Source of the DNA: Deferribacterales bacterium
GTDB taxonomy: Bacteria; Chrysiogenota; Deferribacteres; Deferribacterales; Geovibrionaceae
Direction of reading: 5' to 3'
DNA length: 64,000 bases
Assembly: GCA_050251945.1 (NCBI GenBank)
Contig: JBFWLW010000007.1
Coordinates: 32,001-96,000, forward strand
Below are positions 8,437 to 19,173 of the stretch, one piece after another; position 1 is the stretch's first letter, and every line of letters starts with the position of its first letter. The notes beneath the pieces were generated by a model. The model was not told where the DNA came from. It ran no database searches and saw only the letters and a list, made by a program, of their open reading frames with translations. The position numbers and the translations under genes were made by a program.

Positions 8437-10275
8437 CTAAAGAGGATTTATTGCATGTTTCAGCAGCATGTTTATACGGGTATCCACTTTTGTATCTGAA
8501 CCGAGGTCGATAAAAGCTGTTTTGGATATTGCTTTTTTCGCTTCCTTTTTAAGCAGTGCAAGGGTATTGCTCAAATCGTCTGACGTGTAGTCCCTTTTTC
8601 CTTCGGGAAGCCTGATTATGGCGGCGCTGACGGAGAGCAGAGGAAACTGCCTGTCGTTGCCGTCCCTGTCCTTTGCCGTGTAGCATTTTGCGATCACCTC
8701 TTTAGGATCGTAAAATGATGCAGCGGTTTCAGTGAAGTCCTGAATAACTCTGTTTATCACCGCCATGACGTTAATCCCGCTTTCAGGGTCGCTGTTGTTG
8801 AAAGAAACCGCGCAGAAGAAATCGTCTCCCCCTATGTGTCCGATAAAGGTATTGGGTTCGGTTATTCTTTCACGCATTACTTCCGTGAACATCATGATGG
8901 CGCGGTCGCCCTGACGGAAACCGAAGCGGTCGTTGAACGGTTTGAAGTTATCAAAGTCGAAATATATGAAGACGTATGAGCTGTCCTCGTCCTTATAAGC
9001 TTTGTTCAGATAGTTGTTTATCAGGCTGTTGCCGGGCAGTTTCGTCAGCGGGTTCATATCTCTGGCAAACGCAAGGTTCTTTTCGTTAAGGGTGTTCAGA
9101 AGCGACTGAGCCGTCATGAAACCGTGATATTTCAGGTCTTTCGTGATCACGATGCCTTCGGATTCGGGGTTTGCCACATATATTTCAAGCATCTGTTCCA
9201 GCGGGATGGTTATCTCGATTATCGGGCATTTTTTCATGAATTTTTTTATGGACGGCGTGTGGCTTCTGTTGAAAAGAAGCTCTTTGCCGAACGGTTTGTA
9301 AAGGTACTGCTTCAGGTTTGTTTCGCTTATGATGCCCACAGGGATATTGTTTGCGTCCACAACCGGAACGAGATTAAGGTCGGGCTTAAGGCTTATCTTA
9401 TGCAGAAGCTCTTCCACGGAACCGTGTACGTCTATGGGGTCTATGTACACCATTTCGTTGCTGACGAGGTGCGCATCCTGTGTATCCAGCCTTCTGTTGT
9501 TGGCGAAGAGAGATTCGATGTGTCCGAAGACAGGGAGCATATCAGAAGTGTTCAGCGAGGGACGGGCGACGAAGTAGCCCTGAATGAGGTCAACGCCCAT
9601 GTCTCTGCATGAAAGGAACTCCCGTTCCGTCTCAATGCCCTCGGCGATGATGCTGATACCGAAGAAATGTGCAAGGTTTATTATATGCGTGCAGAACTTG
9701 CGCTTGCGCACATCCTTATGAATGTCCGAAACGAGGAAACGGTCGAGTTTTATAAAATCCGGTTCGCTGAAATAAAACAGTTCAAAGTTTGCGAAACCGG
9801 AGCCGAAGTCGTCGATGGCAATGCGGCAGCCGGAGGTTTTCGCACTGTTCAGCAGGCAGTTCATATTCTTGTCGTTCATCTTGTGGCGTTCGCTTATCTC
9901 GAAACAGAAAACGCCGGGGTCAAGCCCTATATCCTGCATTATGCGTCCTGACATGCCGGGTACGTATTCGTCCATGTCGGTGATACGAACGTCGAAATTA
10001 TAGAAGAGCTTTATCTTTTTATGATGAGGTATTAGCGTGAATTTTTCCACCGCTTTGCGCCTGAGTTCCAGATCCACAGGGAGAAGCACCCCGTCTTCAA
10101 ACGCCGCGTCGAAAAGATCAAATATGCCGTCAAATCCCGCTTTGTCCCATCCCCGAAGGAGTGCCTCCACAGCGAAAAGCCGTCCGCTCAGAGGGTTTAT
10201 GATGGGCTGAAAAGCGTGCTCAAGGTGAATAAGCCTTTTTTGCCAAGCTATCGGCAATTCCATTGTTTTTATCAT
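8437..10275 (-). CDS. EAL-CBS-GGDEF c-di-GMP metabolism protein
   Basis: VEALLR, DDFGSG, EGIE, QGY; NPLTKLPG, DNFKPFND, HIGGDDF. Confidence 0.9.
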   Translation of the reverse strand: MIKTMELPIAWQKRLIHLEHAFQPIINPLSGRLFAVEALLRGWDKAGFDGIFDLFDAAFEDGVLLPVDLELRRKAVEKFTLIPHHKKIKLFYNFDVRITDMDEYVPGMSGRIMQDIGLDPGVFCFEISERHKMNDKNMNCLLNSAKTSGCRIAIDDFGSGFANFELFYFSEPDFIKLDRFLVSDIHKDVRKRKFCTHIINLAHFFGISIIAEGIETEREFLSCRDMGVDLIQGYFVARPSLNTSDMLPVFGHIESLFANNRRLDTQDAHLVSNEMVYIDPIDVHGSVEELLHKISLKPDLNLVPVVDANNIPVGIISETNLKQYLYKPFGKELLFNRSHTPSIKKFMKKCPIIEITIPLEQMLEIYVANPESEGIVITKDLKYHGFMTAQSLLNTLNEKNLAFARDMNPLTKLPGNSLINNYLNKAYKDEDSSYVFIYFDFDNFKPFNDRFGFRQGDRAIMMFTEVMRERITEPNTFIGHIGGDDFFCAVSFNNSDPESGINVMAVINRVIQDFTETAASFYDPKEVIAKCYTAKDRDGNDRQFPLLSVSAAIIRLPEGKRDYTSDDLSNTLALLKKEAKKAISKTAFIDLGSDTKVDTRINMLLKHAINPL

Positions 10276-10329
10276 ACCACTGTTAATAGTAGGTAGATGT
10301 CACAAAATTGTCAGACAATGTTAATTAAA

Positions 10330-10806
10330 TTATAAAAACAGATGTTTAAGCTTTTTCGCTCTGTAATTAAAAACGGCGTCCAGCTTACGGGCGACGTATC
10401 TGCCGATGAAAGGCCGGGAAAGGGCGGAGAGCGGCAGTATGTAATGGACGATATCCGTCATGAGGACACCGCCGCCTTGTTCCTTGAAGTGGTGTTCGTG
10501 GTGCCAGAGAGTATAAGGTCCTTTGCGCTGTTCGTCCACAAAGAAATACGGCTCGTTCACATGTGTTATCTCCGTCACCCACCAAACGGGCATCTTTGCG
10601 AATGGGTGGACTTTATATTGCACCATCATACCTTCGTACATCTTTTCCGGTACTTCGGACATTACCCGAAAATCAAGCCACGGCGGTGTGATGTCCGCCA
10701 GATTCATCGGGGATGAGAAGAAGCTCCATGCTTTTTCAATGGATATATTGAGCCGTTGCTCTCTTTTGAGTTGGTGTGCTTTCACAGATATAACCTTTTT
10801 TATCAA
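10330..10806 (-). CDS. SRPBCC/START-like family protein
   Basis: FFSSPMNLADITPP, FVDEQRKGPY..WHHEH. Confidence 0.85.
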   Translation of the reverse strand: MIKKVISVKAHQLKREQRLNISIEKAWSFFSSPMNLADITPPWLDFRVMSEVPEKMYEGMMVQYKVHPFAKMPVWWVTEITHVNEPYFFVDEQRKGPYTLWHHEHHFKEQGGGVLMTDIVHYILPLSALSRPFIGRYVARKLDAVFNYRAKKLKHLFL

Positions 10807-10882
10807 ACTTATTTTATTTGTTTGCGTCTTGGGAATATAATAGTAAAATTATATATACTTGCCGAAAAAAACAAGGAGACGA

Positions 10883-13531
10883 ATGATGAACAGAGAGCAA
10901 TTCAGAAGTCATTTTGAATTTGGCGGTCAGACATACGCCTATTACGACCTGAAAAAAGTTCGGGACGCAGGGATTGCGGATATACAGAAACTGCCTTTTT
11001 CTCTCAGGGTTTTATTGGAGAACCTTGTCAGGAATTTTGACGGAAAGATAGTTAAAGAGGACGCTGTTAAGGAGCTTGGAAAATGGAAAAAGTCCTATGC
11101 AGTGCCTTATGAGATACCATATCACCCTGCAAGAGTCATCATGCAGGATTATACCGGCGTTCCCGGTGTTGTTGACCTTGCCGCCATGCGCGATGCACTG
11201 GTTGAAAAGGGCAAAGACGCCTCATTCATCAACCCCCTTGTCCCTGTCGACCTCATCGTTGACCATTCGGTTCAGGTGGACTATTACGGAACATCTGATT
11301 CACTCGACAAGAACGTTAAAAGAGAATACGAGCGCAATGGCGAACGCTACGCTTTCCTGAAATGGGCGCAGGCAAGCTTTAACAATATGCGCATAGTACC
11401 ACCGAAATCAGGTATCTGCCATCAGGTGAATCTTGAATATCTCGGTCAGGTTGTTCTGAAAGGGGATGTTAACGGAGAAAAGACCGCATACTGCGACACT
11501 CTCGTCGGAACGGATTCACACACCACCATGATCAATGCCATCGGCGTTCTCGGCTGGGGTGTGGGCGGAATCGAGGCGGAAGCGGTAATGCTCGGTCAGC
11601 CTTATTATATGCCTATCCCCGAAGTTATCGGTCTGAGACTCACAGGGGAAATAGCTGAAGGGATCACCGGCACCGACGTGGTTCTTTCCATCACAGAGCT
11701 TCTGCGCAAGGCTAAAGTTGTGGAGAAATTCGTTGAGGTTTACGGACCCGGACTTAAATCACTCACTCTGCCGGACAGAGCCACCATATCAAACATGTCT
11801 CCCGAATTCGGTTCAACAATGGGCTTCTTCGCTGTTGACGACGAAACACTGCGTTATCTGCGCAATACGAACAGAAGCGACGTTGCCGGTTTCGTTGAGA
11901 ACTATACGAAAGCGAACCTGCTGTTTAACGACTATTCGCAGGAACCGGAATATACTCAGGTGCTGGAACTTGACCTCTCCACTGTCAAAAAGTGTATCGC
12001 AGGTCCCAAAAAGCCCCACCAGCACATTTCGCTGGACGCTGTTAAAGCGGCAGTTGCAAACGAGGTCGCGGCTCCCCGTTCATTTGACGTTGAGATGGAC
12101 GGCAAAAAATTCGCCCTTAGAGAGAGCGACGTGGTCATTGCCGCCATCACCTCCTGCACAAACACCTCAAACCCTTATGTTATGATAGGAGCGGGTCTTG
12201 TTGCTAAAAAAGCGGTAGAACTCGGTCTCACCATCAAGCCCTATGTGAAGACCAGCCTTGCTCCCGGTTCTAAAGTTGTCACAGACTATCTCCGCGAAGC
12301 GGGTGTTGACGTATTTTTCAATCAGCTCGGTTTTAACCTCGCCGCTTACGGATGCACAACATGTATCGGCAACGCCGGACCTCTTAAACCGGAGCTTGAA
12401 AAGGTTATCAAAGAGAACAAGCTGAACGTGGCATCAGTGCTTTCCGGCAACAGAAACTTTGAAGCAAGAATCCACCCCCTCGTTCGTCAGAACTACCTCG
12501 CGTCACCGATGCTGGTTGTTGTTTACGCACTTGCGGGAACAATGGATATTGACCTCTATAAAGACCCCATCGGAAAGTCGAAAGACGGTGAAGACGTTTA
12601 TATGAAAGACGTTTTCCCTTCAAACGACGAAATCTGGGCGCTGGTGAACAAATGCGTTACCAACGAGCAGTATAAACAACGCTACAGCGAGATTCTGGAC
12701 GGCGACGAGAACTGGAGAGCGCTCCCTACTGTCAAAGGCAGTATCTACGACTGGGACGCAAAATCGACATACATCAGAAGACCCCCGTTTTTCGAGGATT
12801 TCAGCCTGACACCCGTTATTCCGGGCGATATCAAAGGCGCGAAACCTCTGTGTATGCTTGGCGACACCATCACAACCGACCACATTTCACCAGCCGGCAG
12901 TATCCCTGCGGATTATCCGGCAGGAAAATACCTTCAGGATAATGGAGTTACGCCGTTTGATTTCAACTCGTACGGTGCAAGACGCGGCAACCATGAGGTC
13001 ATGATGCGCGGAACGCTTGCGAACGTACGCATTGCGAACAAGCTTGCCGAACCGAAAGAGGGCGGTTTCACACGCCATATGCCCGACGGCGAAGAGATGT
13101 ATATCTATGATGCCGCCATGAAATATATAAAAGAGAGTGTGCCTTCGATAATCCTCGGCGGAAAGGAATACGGTTCCGGTTCGTCACGTGACTGGGCGGC
13201 TAAAGGAACTGTTCTGCTCGGCGTTAAAGGCGTTATAGCTGAAAGCTTTGAGCGTATCCACAGAAGCAACCTTGCGGGTATGGGCGTTCTTCCCATGGTG
13301 TTCACAAACGGAGACGGCTGGAAAACACTGGGATTGGACGGCACAGAGACCTATGACGTTGCCGGTGTTGACAAGGTATCACCCAGATGCACACTGAAAG
13401 TGACCGCCAAAAAAGCGGACGGCAAAGAGATCAAATTTGACGTCATGTGCCGTCTGGATACTGAGATTGAGATTGAATATTTCAGACACGGCGGTATTTT
13501 GCCCTATGTTCTCAGGAACATGGCGAAATAA
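10883..13531 (+). CDS. acnA: Aconitate hydratase A
   Basis: DHSVQVD, GTDSHT, ITSCTNTSNP, GCTTCIGN, GSSRDWAAK. Confidence 0.97.
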   Translation: MMNREQFRSHFEFGGQTYAYYDLKKVRDAGIADIQKLPFSLRVLLENLVRNFDGKIVKEDAVKELGKWKKSYAVPYEIPYHPARVIMQDYTGVPGVVDLAAMRDALVEKGKDASFINPLVPVDLIVDHSVQVDYYGTSDSLDKNVKREYERNGERYAFLKWAQASFNNMRIVPPKSGICHQVNLEYLGQVVLKGDVNGEKTAYCDTLVGTDSHTTMINAIGVLGWGVGGIEAEAVMLGQPYYMPIPEVIGLRLTGEIAEGITGTDVVLSITELLRKAKVVEKFVEVYGPGLKSLTLPDRATISNMSPEFGSTMGFFAVDDETLRYLRNTNRSDVAGFVENYTKANLLFNDYSQEPEYTQVLELDLSTVKKCIAGPKKPHQHISLDAVKAAVANEVAAPRSFDVEMDGKKFALRESDVVIAAITSCTNTSNPYVMIGAGLVAKKAVELGLTIKPYVKTSLAPGSKVVTDYLREAGVDVFFNQLGFNLAAYGCTTCIGNAGPLKPELEKVIKENKLNVASVLSGNRNFEARIHPLVRQNYLASPMLVVVYALAGTMDIDLYKDPIGKSKDGEDVYMKDVFPSNDEIWALVNKCVTNEQYKQRYSEILDGDENWRALPTVKGSIYDWDAKSTYIRRPPFFEDFSLTPVIPGDIKGAKPLCMLGDTITTDHISPAGSIPADYPAGKYLQDNGVTPFDFNSYGARRGNHEVMMRGTLANVRIANKLAEPKEGGFTRHMPDGEEMYIYDAAMKYIKESVPSIILGGKEYGSGSSRDWAAKGTVLLGVKGVIAESFERIHRSNLAGMGVLPMVFTNGDGWKTLGLDGTETYDVAGVDKVSPRCTLKVTAKKADGKEIKFDVMCRLDTEIEIEYFRHGGILPYVLRNMAK

Positions 13532-13551
13532 CCGTTATCGGATACAAACTT

Positions 13552-13739
13552 TTAAGGCAGGGGAAACCCTGCCTTCTGATCGTTGACGAACTTGTTAAAA
13601 GTTAATGAGATTGCCGCGTCAGCCTACAGCTTCCTCGCAATGACAGCAATTTACGTCTTCGCGAGGAGTGCATGCGACGACGCGATCTCGCATTTTACTG
13701 ACTTTGTCATCAGTCTTAAGGCATGGGAAACCCTGCCTT
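13552..13739. mobile_element. 140-bp MITE-like element (13576-13715) between two copies of a 24-bp terminator hairpin
   Basis: TTAAGGCAGGGGAAACCCTGCCTT at 13552 and TTAAGGCATGGGAAACCCTGCCTT at 13716; imperfect inverted ends; near-identical copy at 27337. Confidence 0.7.
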
Positions 13740-13803
13740 TTCTGTTTTATTTTGCCAGAAAAGGTCTATACTGTTCTGATATACTGATATCGAGGATATT
13801 AAT

Positions 13804-14496
13804 ATGTTCCTTTTGATAAAGACCGGCAGCACCATGAGAGACCTTTCAATACATTACGGTGATTTTGAAGACTGGATGATAAGGTACATGGCGGTAATGA
13901 GGCAGCAGGTAAAAATTGTTGACGTACAAAAGAGTACGCTGCCGAAGCCGGATGATTTCGACGGGATACTCATAACAGGCGCCCACGAGATGGTCACAGA
14001 CCGCCACGAGTGGAGCGAAATGACAGCAAAATGGCTGAAAGAAGCAGTTGCAAAGGAGATCCCCATAATGGGCGTTTGCTATGGACACCAGCTTCTTGCT
14101 CATGCCATGGGCGGCATTGTGGGTGATCACCCTAAGGGACCGGAGATAGGAACTGTTGATATCAATCTTACACCGGAAGCAAAGAAAGATCCGGTTTTCA
14201 AATCCATGCCAAAATCTTTCAAAGCGCACGTTACACACACTCAGTCTGTTCTGACACTGCCCGAAGGTGCTGTTCTTCTTGCCGAAAACGATTACGAACC
14301 CCATCATGCTTTCAGAATCGGAAAAAACGCATGGGGAGTACAGTTTCACCCGGAATATGATTCAATCATCAGCAGGGAATATGCCCTGTTTCAGAAAAAT
14401 AAGCTGGTTAACCCTGAGTCAATATTGTGTTCAATTAGCGAAACTCTTGAAGCAAATGCACTTTTAAGTAAATTTATTGAGTATTGTTCCGAATAA
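13804..14496 (+). CDS. Class I glutamine amidotransferase
   Basis: GVCYGHQ and QFHPE catalytic motifs. Confidence 0.9.
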   Translation: MFLLIKTGSTMRDLSIHYGDFEDWMIRYMAVMRQQVKIVDVQKSTLPKPDDFDGILITGAHEMVTDRHEWSEMTAKWLKEAVAKEIPIMGVCYGHQLLAHAMGGIVGDHPKGPEIGTVDINLTPEAKKDPVFKSMPKSFKAHVTHTQSVLTLPEGAVLLAENDYEPHHAFRIGKNAWGVQFHPEYDSIISREYALFQKNKLVNPESILCSISETLEANALLSKFIEYCSE

Positions 14497-14598
14497 TACT
14501 GTATAATTATGTAAATTAATTTTATCGTTGACGAACGGAAAAATAATCTCATATTGAAAAGTACACAATTAAAGTCTCTTTATTATTTGAGGTGTGTT

Positions 14599-16413
14599 AT
14601 GCTGAACAACATGAAGCTTTCTCTTAAGCTTACACTCGGATTCGGAATCGTTCTGGCGTTTCTCGTGATTATGGGGGTAATAAGTTATTTCAAGATCACG
14701 GGAATAGCAAACCAATCTAAAAAAATGGATACTATCTCTAATGTGCAGAATGCAATATATGAAGCACGTCTTGCCAGATATATGTATTCAAACACGGATG
14801 ATGCGGTATATGCCGCAAAAACAATTGATAACCTGAAACTCGCCCGCAAACTTATCGAGGACGGGTACAGTGAGTTCCCTGAAATGAAGGATGACGAGAG
14901 TATCCAGAAGATACTTGCTTCTGTGGATATTTATAATTCAGATTTTGAGAGGTTCTCCAAAGCAGAAGAACTGAAAATGCAGCTTCTGGAAGAAATGACA
15001 AATGTAGGTCATGACGCTATGAACGCTGCTACAGCATCCGGAGCGGACAATGTGTATAAACAGCTTCTGCTTATGCGTATTGAAGTTCTGAGGTTTATGA
15101 CCAGCAAAAAACCCACAGCAGGGGAAGTGGAAAAACAGTCTAAAATAGCAAAAACATCTGCAGACTCAATGCCCAAGGTTGCCGAGTTGGTGGATGAATA
15201 CAAAGAGGCTTTCGACAAATGGGCAGCAGCTAACGATGAACAGAGAAACATACAAAATGAAATGGGAAAAGCTGCAACGGAAGCACAGGATATGACAGTC
15301 GTGGTTGTTAACCATGAAAAAGAAGCTATGAACTCAAGTATCACTTTTGCGGTTATCGTGATCGCGGTATTTTCTCTGGCGTCACTTGGTCTCGGACTTT
15401 TGATCTCGGTGCTGATAACCCGTTCGCTTGTCGTTCCCATGGGCAAGGCAATGGATTTCGCCTCTAACCTTTCAAAAGGCGATTTCTCCAAACCCCTCGA
15501 CATCCGTCAGACCGACGAGATAGGTCATCTTGCAACGGCTATGGAGGACATGAGACTGAAACTGAAAGAGATCATAGAGGGTATCATACTTTCGGCAAAC
15601 TCTCTGGCATCCGGCAGTACAGAGCTTGCAAGCACTACTGAGGAACTGGCAAGTACGTTCTCCGAACAGTCACAGCAGGTTTCATCAGTTGCCTCCGCAG
15701 TGGAGGAGATAAGCACCTCTTCGGCACTTGTGATGCAGTCGATACATGAGGTTTCAGACAAGTCGTCCGCTGCAAAAGACCTCACAGCCGAAGGACAGAA
15801 GCATATAGTATCTGCTAACGACGTTATGGGCGACATACGTAAAAACGTTTCAGAACTCAGCACAACCGTTGCCGGACTGGCAAAGTCTTCTGAGGACATA
15901 GGCAGCATCCTGCTTGTTATAAACGACATAGCAGATCAGACAAACCTGCTGGCGCTCAACGCGGCTATCGAAGCGGCAAGAGCTGGCGAGCATGGACGCG
16001 GTTTCGCAGTTGTTGCGGACGAAGTCCGTAAGCTTGCCGAGCGTACTCAACAGTCAACAGAGGAGATTCGTTCGATCATCTCCCTGTTTGTAAAAGAGAC
16101 TGCCAGAACCAACACAGAGATGATAGCGGCAGGTAAAAAGGTTGAAACCGGCGCAGAAAAACTGAACGTGGTTGACCAGATATTTGAAAAGATAGTGGAA
16201 TCAGTTAATGATATATCAACCTCAAGCTCTATGATAACAACCGCTGTTGGTGAACAGGCGCAGGCAATAACCAACATAAACGACAATACGCAGGTAATTT
16301 CAAGCGGTCTGGAGCAGAGTACGGCTGCTATTACACAGGTTTCTCATACTGTTGCGGATCTGCAGAAACAGGCGGATGAGCAGATGGATGGAACCAGAAT
16401 ATTTAAGATATAA
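14599..16413 (+). CDS. Methyl-accepting chemotaxis protein (2 TM, HAMP)
   Basis: [38 protein letters not shown]. Confidence 0.95.
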   Translation: MLNNMKLSLKLTLGFGIVLAFLVIMGVISYFKITGIANQSKKMDTISNVQNAIYEARLARYMYSNTDDAVYAAKTIDNLKLARKLIEDGYSEFPEMKDDESIQKILASVDIYNSDFERFSKAEELKMQLLEEMTNVGHDAMNAATASGADNVYKQLLLMRIEVLRFMTSKKPTAGEVEKQSKIAKTSADSMPKVAELVDEYKEAFDKWAAANDEQRNIQNEMGKAATEAQDMTVVVVNHEKEAMNSSITFAVIVIAVFSLASLGLGLLISVLITRSLVVPMGKAMDFASNLSKGDFSKPLDIRQTDEIGHLATAMEDMRLKLKEIIEGIILSANSLASGSTELASTTEELASTFSEQSQQVSSVASAVEEISTSSALVMQSIHEVSDKSSAAKDLTAEGQKHIVSANDVMGDIRKNVSELSTTVAGLAKSSEDIGSILLVINDIADQTNLLALNAAIEAARAGEHGRGFAVVADEVRKLAERTQQSTEEIRSIISLFVKETARTNTEMIAAGKKVETGAEKLNVVDQIFEKIVESVNDISTSSSMITTAVGEQAQAITNINDNTQVISSGLEQSTAAITQVSHTVADLQKQADEQMDGTRIFKI

Positions 16414-16450
16414 TACGGCGCTTATAACGCTTCGCATCCCGGCGTTGTCT

Positions 16451-16540
16451 GTTTCAGGATGAAACACGCTTGCGTGAGTGAAGGGAGGCTTTGCCGACCG
16501 GAGAGTTGGCGAAATTTTTCCAAGGATGGATAAAATTTCG
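16451..16540. repeat. Family C intergenic repeat
   Basis: Near-identical to the reverse complement of 22788-22878. Confidence 0.75.
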
Positions 16541-16552
16541 GAAATAAATAGG

Positions 16553-16583
16553 AAAGGCGACCAATCGGTCGCCTTTATTTTTG
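16553..16583. terminator. Bidirectional terminator between convergent genes
   Basis: AAAGGCGACC-AATC-GGTCGCCTTT. Confidence 0.8.
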
Positions 16584-16584
16584 T

Positions 16585-17310
16585 TTAAAGTACCTGACTT
16601 AAAAAGAGCTTCAATCTGTCGCTCTTCGGGTTGTTGAACACTTCAGCGGGTGTTCCTTCCTCAACCTTGAGTCCGTCGTCCATAAAGATAACTCTGTCCG
16701 CCATTTCGCGGGCAAACCCCATCTCGTGTGTTACGACGACCATTGTCATTCCCTCTTTTGCGAGGGTTTTCATAACATCCAGAACCTCGCCGATCATTTC
16801 GGGGTCAAGAGCCGACGTGGGTTCGTCAAAGAGCATGACCTTCGGACGCATAGCAAGTGCGCGCGCAATGGCAACCCTTTGCTGCTGACCGCCGGAAAGC
16901 TGGCTGGGGTAGCAGTCGCGTTTATCCGACAGACCGACCTTTTTAAGAAGTTCGGCGGCGATTGTTTCTGCCTCGTTTTTTTTCAGCTTTTTAACCTTGA
17001 TAGGCGCAAGGGTGATGTTCTGAAGAACAGTTTTATGCGGGAACAGGTTGAACGCCTGAAACACCATACCCACGTTTTCGCGCAGGTTGTTTATATTCGT
17101 TTTGGGGTGTGTGAGCGACTGACCGTCGATGGCTATTTCGCCCTCCTGCACTTCCTCAAGAAGGTTCAGGGTGCGAAGCATGGTGGACTTACCGGAACCT
17201 GAAGGTCCGATTATAACCAGAACCTCGCTCTTTGTCACGTCCAGAGAAACGCCTTTCAGCGCCTTAACACCGTTGGGATATATCTTGACTACGTTTTCAG
17301 CTTTAATCAT
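16585..17310 (-). CDS. Polar amino acid ABC transporter ATP-binding protein (GlnQ-like)
   Basis: [27 protein letters not shown]. Confidence 0.95.
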   Translation of the reverse strand: MIKAENVVKIYPNGVKALKGVSLDVTKSEVLVIIGPSGSGKSTMLRTLNLLEEVQEGEIAIDGQSLTHPKTNINNLRENVGMVFQAFNLFPHKTVLQNITLAPIKVKKLKKNEAETIAAELLKKVGLSDKRDCYPSQLSGGQQQRVAIARALAMRPKVMLFDEPTSALDPEMIGEVLDVMKTLAKEGMTMVVVTHEMGFAREMADRVIFMDDGLKVEEGTPAEVFNNPKSDRLKLFLSQVL

Positions 17311-17322
17311 GTTACCGCCTCC

Positions 17323-18270
17323 TTACCTGTCCTGCGCAGCCATTCTCTTTTCCAGAAGCTGGACAAAGAATGACAGACCGGATGTCAGAATGAGATAGAG
17401 TGCCGCAACTGTAAACCAGACCTCGAAGGGGCTGAAAGTTGAGGCGACGACCTCTCTTCCCGCTTTGGTAAGATCGGTGATGGATATAACGGATACCAGC
17501 GATGAATCTTTGATAAGAGATATAAACTGACCCGCCATGGGTGGAAGCGTCCTTTTGAACGCCTGCGGCAGGATCACCAGTGCCATTGCCTGTGTATAGC
17601 TCATACCAAGGCTTCGTGCCGCTTCCATCTGACCGCGTGAAATGGACTGTATGCCCGCGCGGACTATCTCGGCTATGTATGCCCCCGTGAATACCGACAG
17701 AGCGGCGATACCCGCCGTAACCCTGTCAAGGTTCAGAATGGTTCCGATAAAGAAATAGAATATGAATATCTGCACCAGAAGGGGGGTGCCTCTGATGAGC
17801 TCGATGTAAAGCACGGAAAGTTTCTTAAAGAACGGGTTGCCCGAAACCCTTGCAAGCCCCGTTACGATACCCAAAATTATCGCAAAAATTATAGCGAAGA
17901 AGGAGATGTAAAGTGTAGTAAACAGGCCCACCACGAGCGGGCCTGCTTTTGTTGAACTTGTTTCAGCAAGGGTGCTTCCTTTTGTGACAGTGTCGCCGTT
18001 TTTGACCTTTATACCGTCAAGACCTTCAAAACTGACTGCATCACCTCTTTCTGCGGGAACAATACTGAGTTTTGAACCCTCTATTGTAACGGTTCCGTCA
18101 ACAGGTGCGGCTGTGGTCTGGCTGTCCGTATAGAAAATATACTTCGGAAGCCTCTCCCATCGCCATGTGTAATCAATCTTAACGGATGCGCCGTAAATTC
18201 CGAATCCCAGAAGGAATAGGAAAACGACCAGCAGTCCGTTCCAAATTAGGTTTTTAGTTTTCGATGTCAC
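17323..18270 (-). CDS. Polar amino acid ABC transporter permease
   Basis: RGTPLLVQ, EAARSLG, IKDSSL; GTG start. Confidence 0.93.
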   Translation of the reverse strand: MTSKTKNLIWNGLLVVFLFLLGFGIYGASVKIDYTWRWERLPKYIFYTDSQTTAAPVDGTVTIEGSKLSIVPAERGDAVSFEGLDGIKVKNGDTVTKGSTLAETSSTKAGPLVVGLFTTLYISFFAIIFAIILGIVTGLARVSGNPFFKKLSVLYIELIRGTPLLVQIFIFYFFIGTILNLDRVTAGIAALSVFTGAYIAEIVRAGIQSISRGQMEAARSLGMSYTQAMALVILPQAFKRTLPPMAGQFISLIKDSSLVSVISITDLTKAGREVVASTFSPFEVWFTVAALYLILTSGLSFFVQLLEKRMAAQDR

Positions 18271-18293
18271 TTGAAAGCACTCCTGAATTTTAA

Positions 18294-19163
18294 TTACTGG
18301 ATATCAGCCAGCCAGTCTGTGGAGCCGAACCACTTGTCATAAGCGACCTGATATCTGCCGTCGCCTTTGATCTGAGCAAGGTAGTTGTTCAGGAAGTTAA
18401 CGAAGTCGGGATCACCTTTGCGAACAGCCCAAGCCAGAGGTTCAAAAGTGAAGGGCTGGTCAAGGAAAACGAGTTTATCTTTGTTCTGAGCATAGAAAAT
18501 AGCGTTGTAGGGCAGGTCATAAACGAAAGCGTCAGCTTTGCCGTTCAGAACTTCCATAGCGCCTTCCTGCTCTGTTTCATAAAGCTTGATGTTTGCTTTG
18601 CCCATGTATTTTTTAGATGCATAGTCAGCAGTTACACCGAGCTTTGTTGCGATGTTGTATTTGGGGTCGTCAAGGTCTTTGTAAGACTTAACTTTGCCTT
18701 CAAGGTCCTTTCTGATGAAGATAGTCTGACCGACCACGATGTAGGGGTCGCAGAAGTTAACCTGAAGGTTTCTCTGGGGAGTGATGGTCATTCCTGACAT
18801 GATGATGTCGTATTTGTCGGTGAGCAGAGCGGGGATGATACCGTCCCATGCAGTGTTGACAAGCTCAAGCTTTACGCCCATATCTTCAGCCATCATTTTT
18901 GCGATCTCAACATCGAAACCGACGATGTCGCCGTTTTTGCTTTTCAGCTCGAAGGGCATGTAGCCGGCTTCAAGACCGACCCTGAGAACTTTGTTCTTAA
19001 GGATTTTGTTGAGAGTGGACTTTTCCCAGATTCCTGATGAAGCAGCGCCGTCAGCGGGAGCGGCTGTTGCACCGGACTCTTTTTTTTCGGAACCGCAACC
19101 GGCAAGCAGCAGAGCCAGCGTAAGCACGGCAGCGTAAAACACTGATACGATGAATTTCTTCAT
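18294..19163 (-). CDS. Amino acid ABC transporter substrate-binding lipoprotein
   Basis: LAGC lipobox, GFDVE, SGMTITPQR; ATG 19163 after GGAGG. Confidence 0.92.
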   Translation of the reverse strand: MKKFIVSVFYAAVLTLALLLAGCGSEKKESGATAAPADGAASSGIWEKSTLNKILKNKVLRVGLEAGYMPFELKSKNGDIVGFDVEIAKMMAEDMGVKLELVNTAWDGIIPALLTDKYDIIMSGMTITPQRNLQVNFCDPYIVVGQTIFIRKDLEGKVKSYKDLDDPKYNIATKLGVTADYASKKYMGKANIKLYETEQEGAMEVLNGKADAFVYDLPYNAIFYAQNKDKLVFLDQPFTFEPLAWAVRKGDPDFVNFLNNYLAQIKGDGRYQVAYDKWFGSTDWLADIQ

Positions 19164-19173
19164 ATATGCCTCC

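Noticed and set aside
8800..8960. Hypr-type (cGAMP-forming) GGDEF, suggested by the GGDDF motif
   Set aside because: The specificity position keeps Asp (FGFRQGD), as expected for an ordinary diguanylate cyclase
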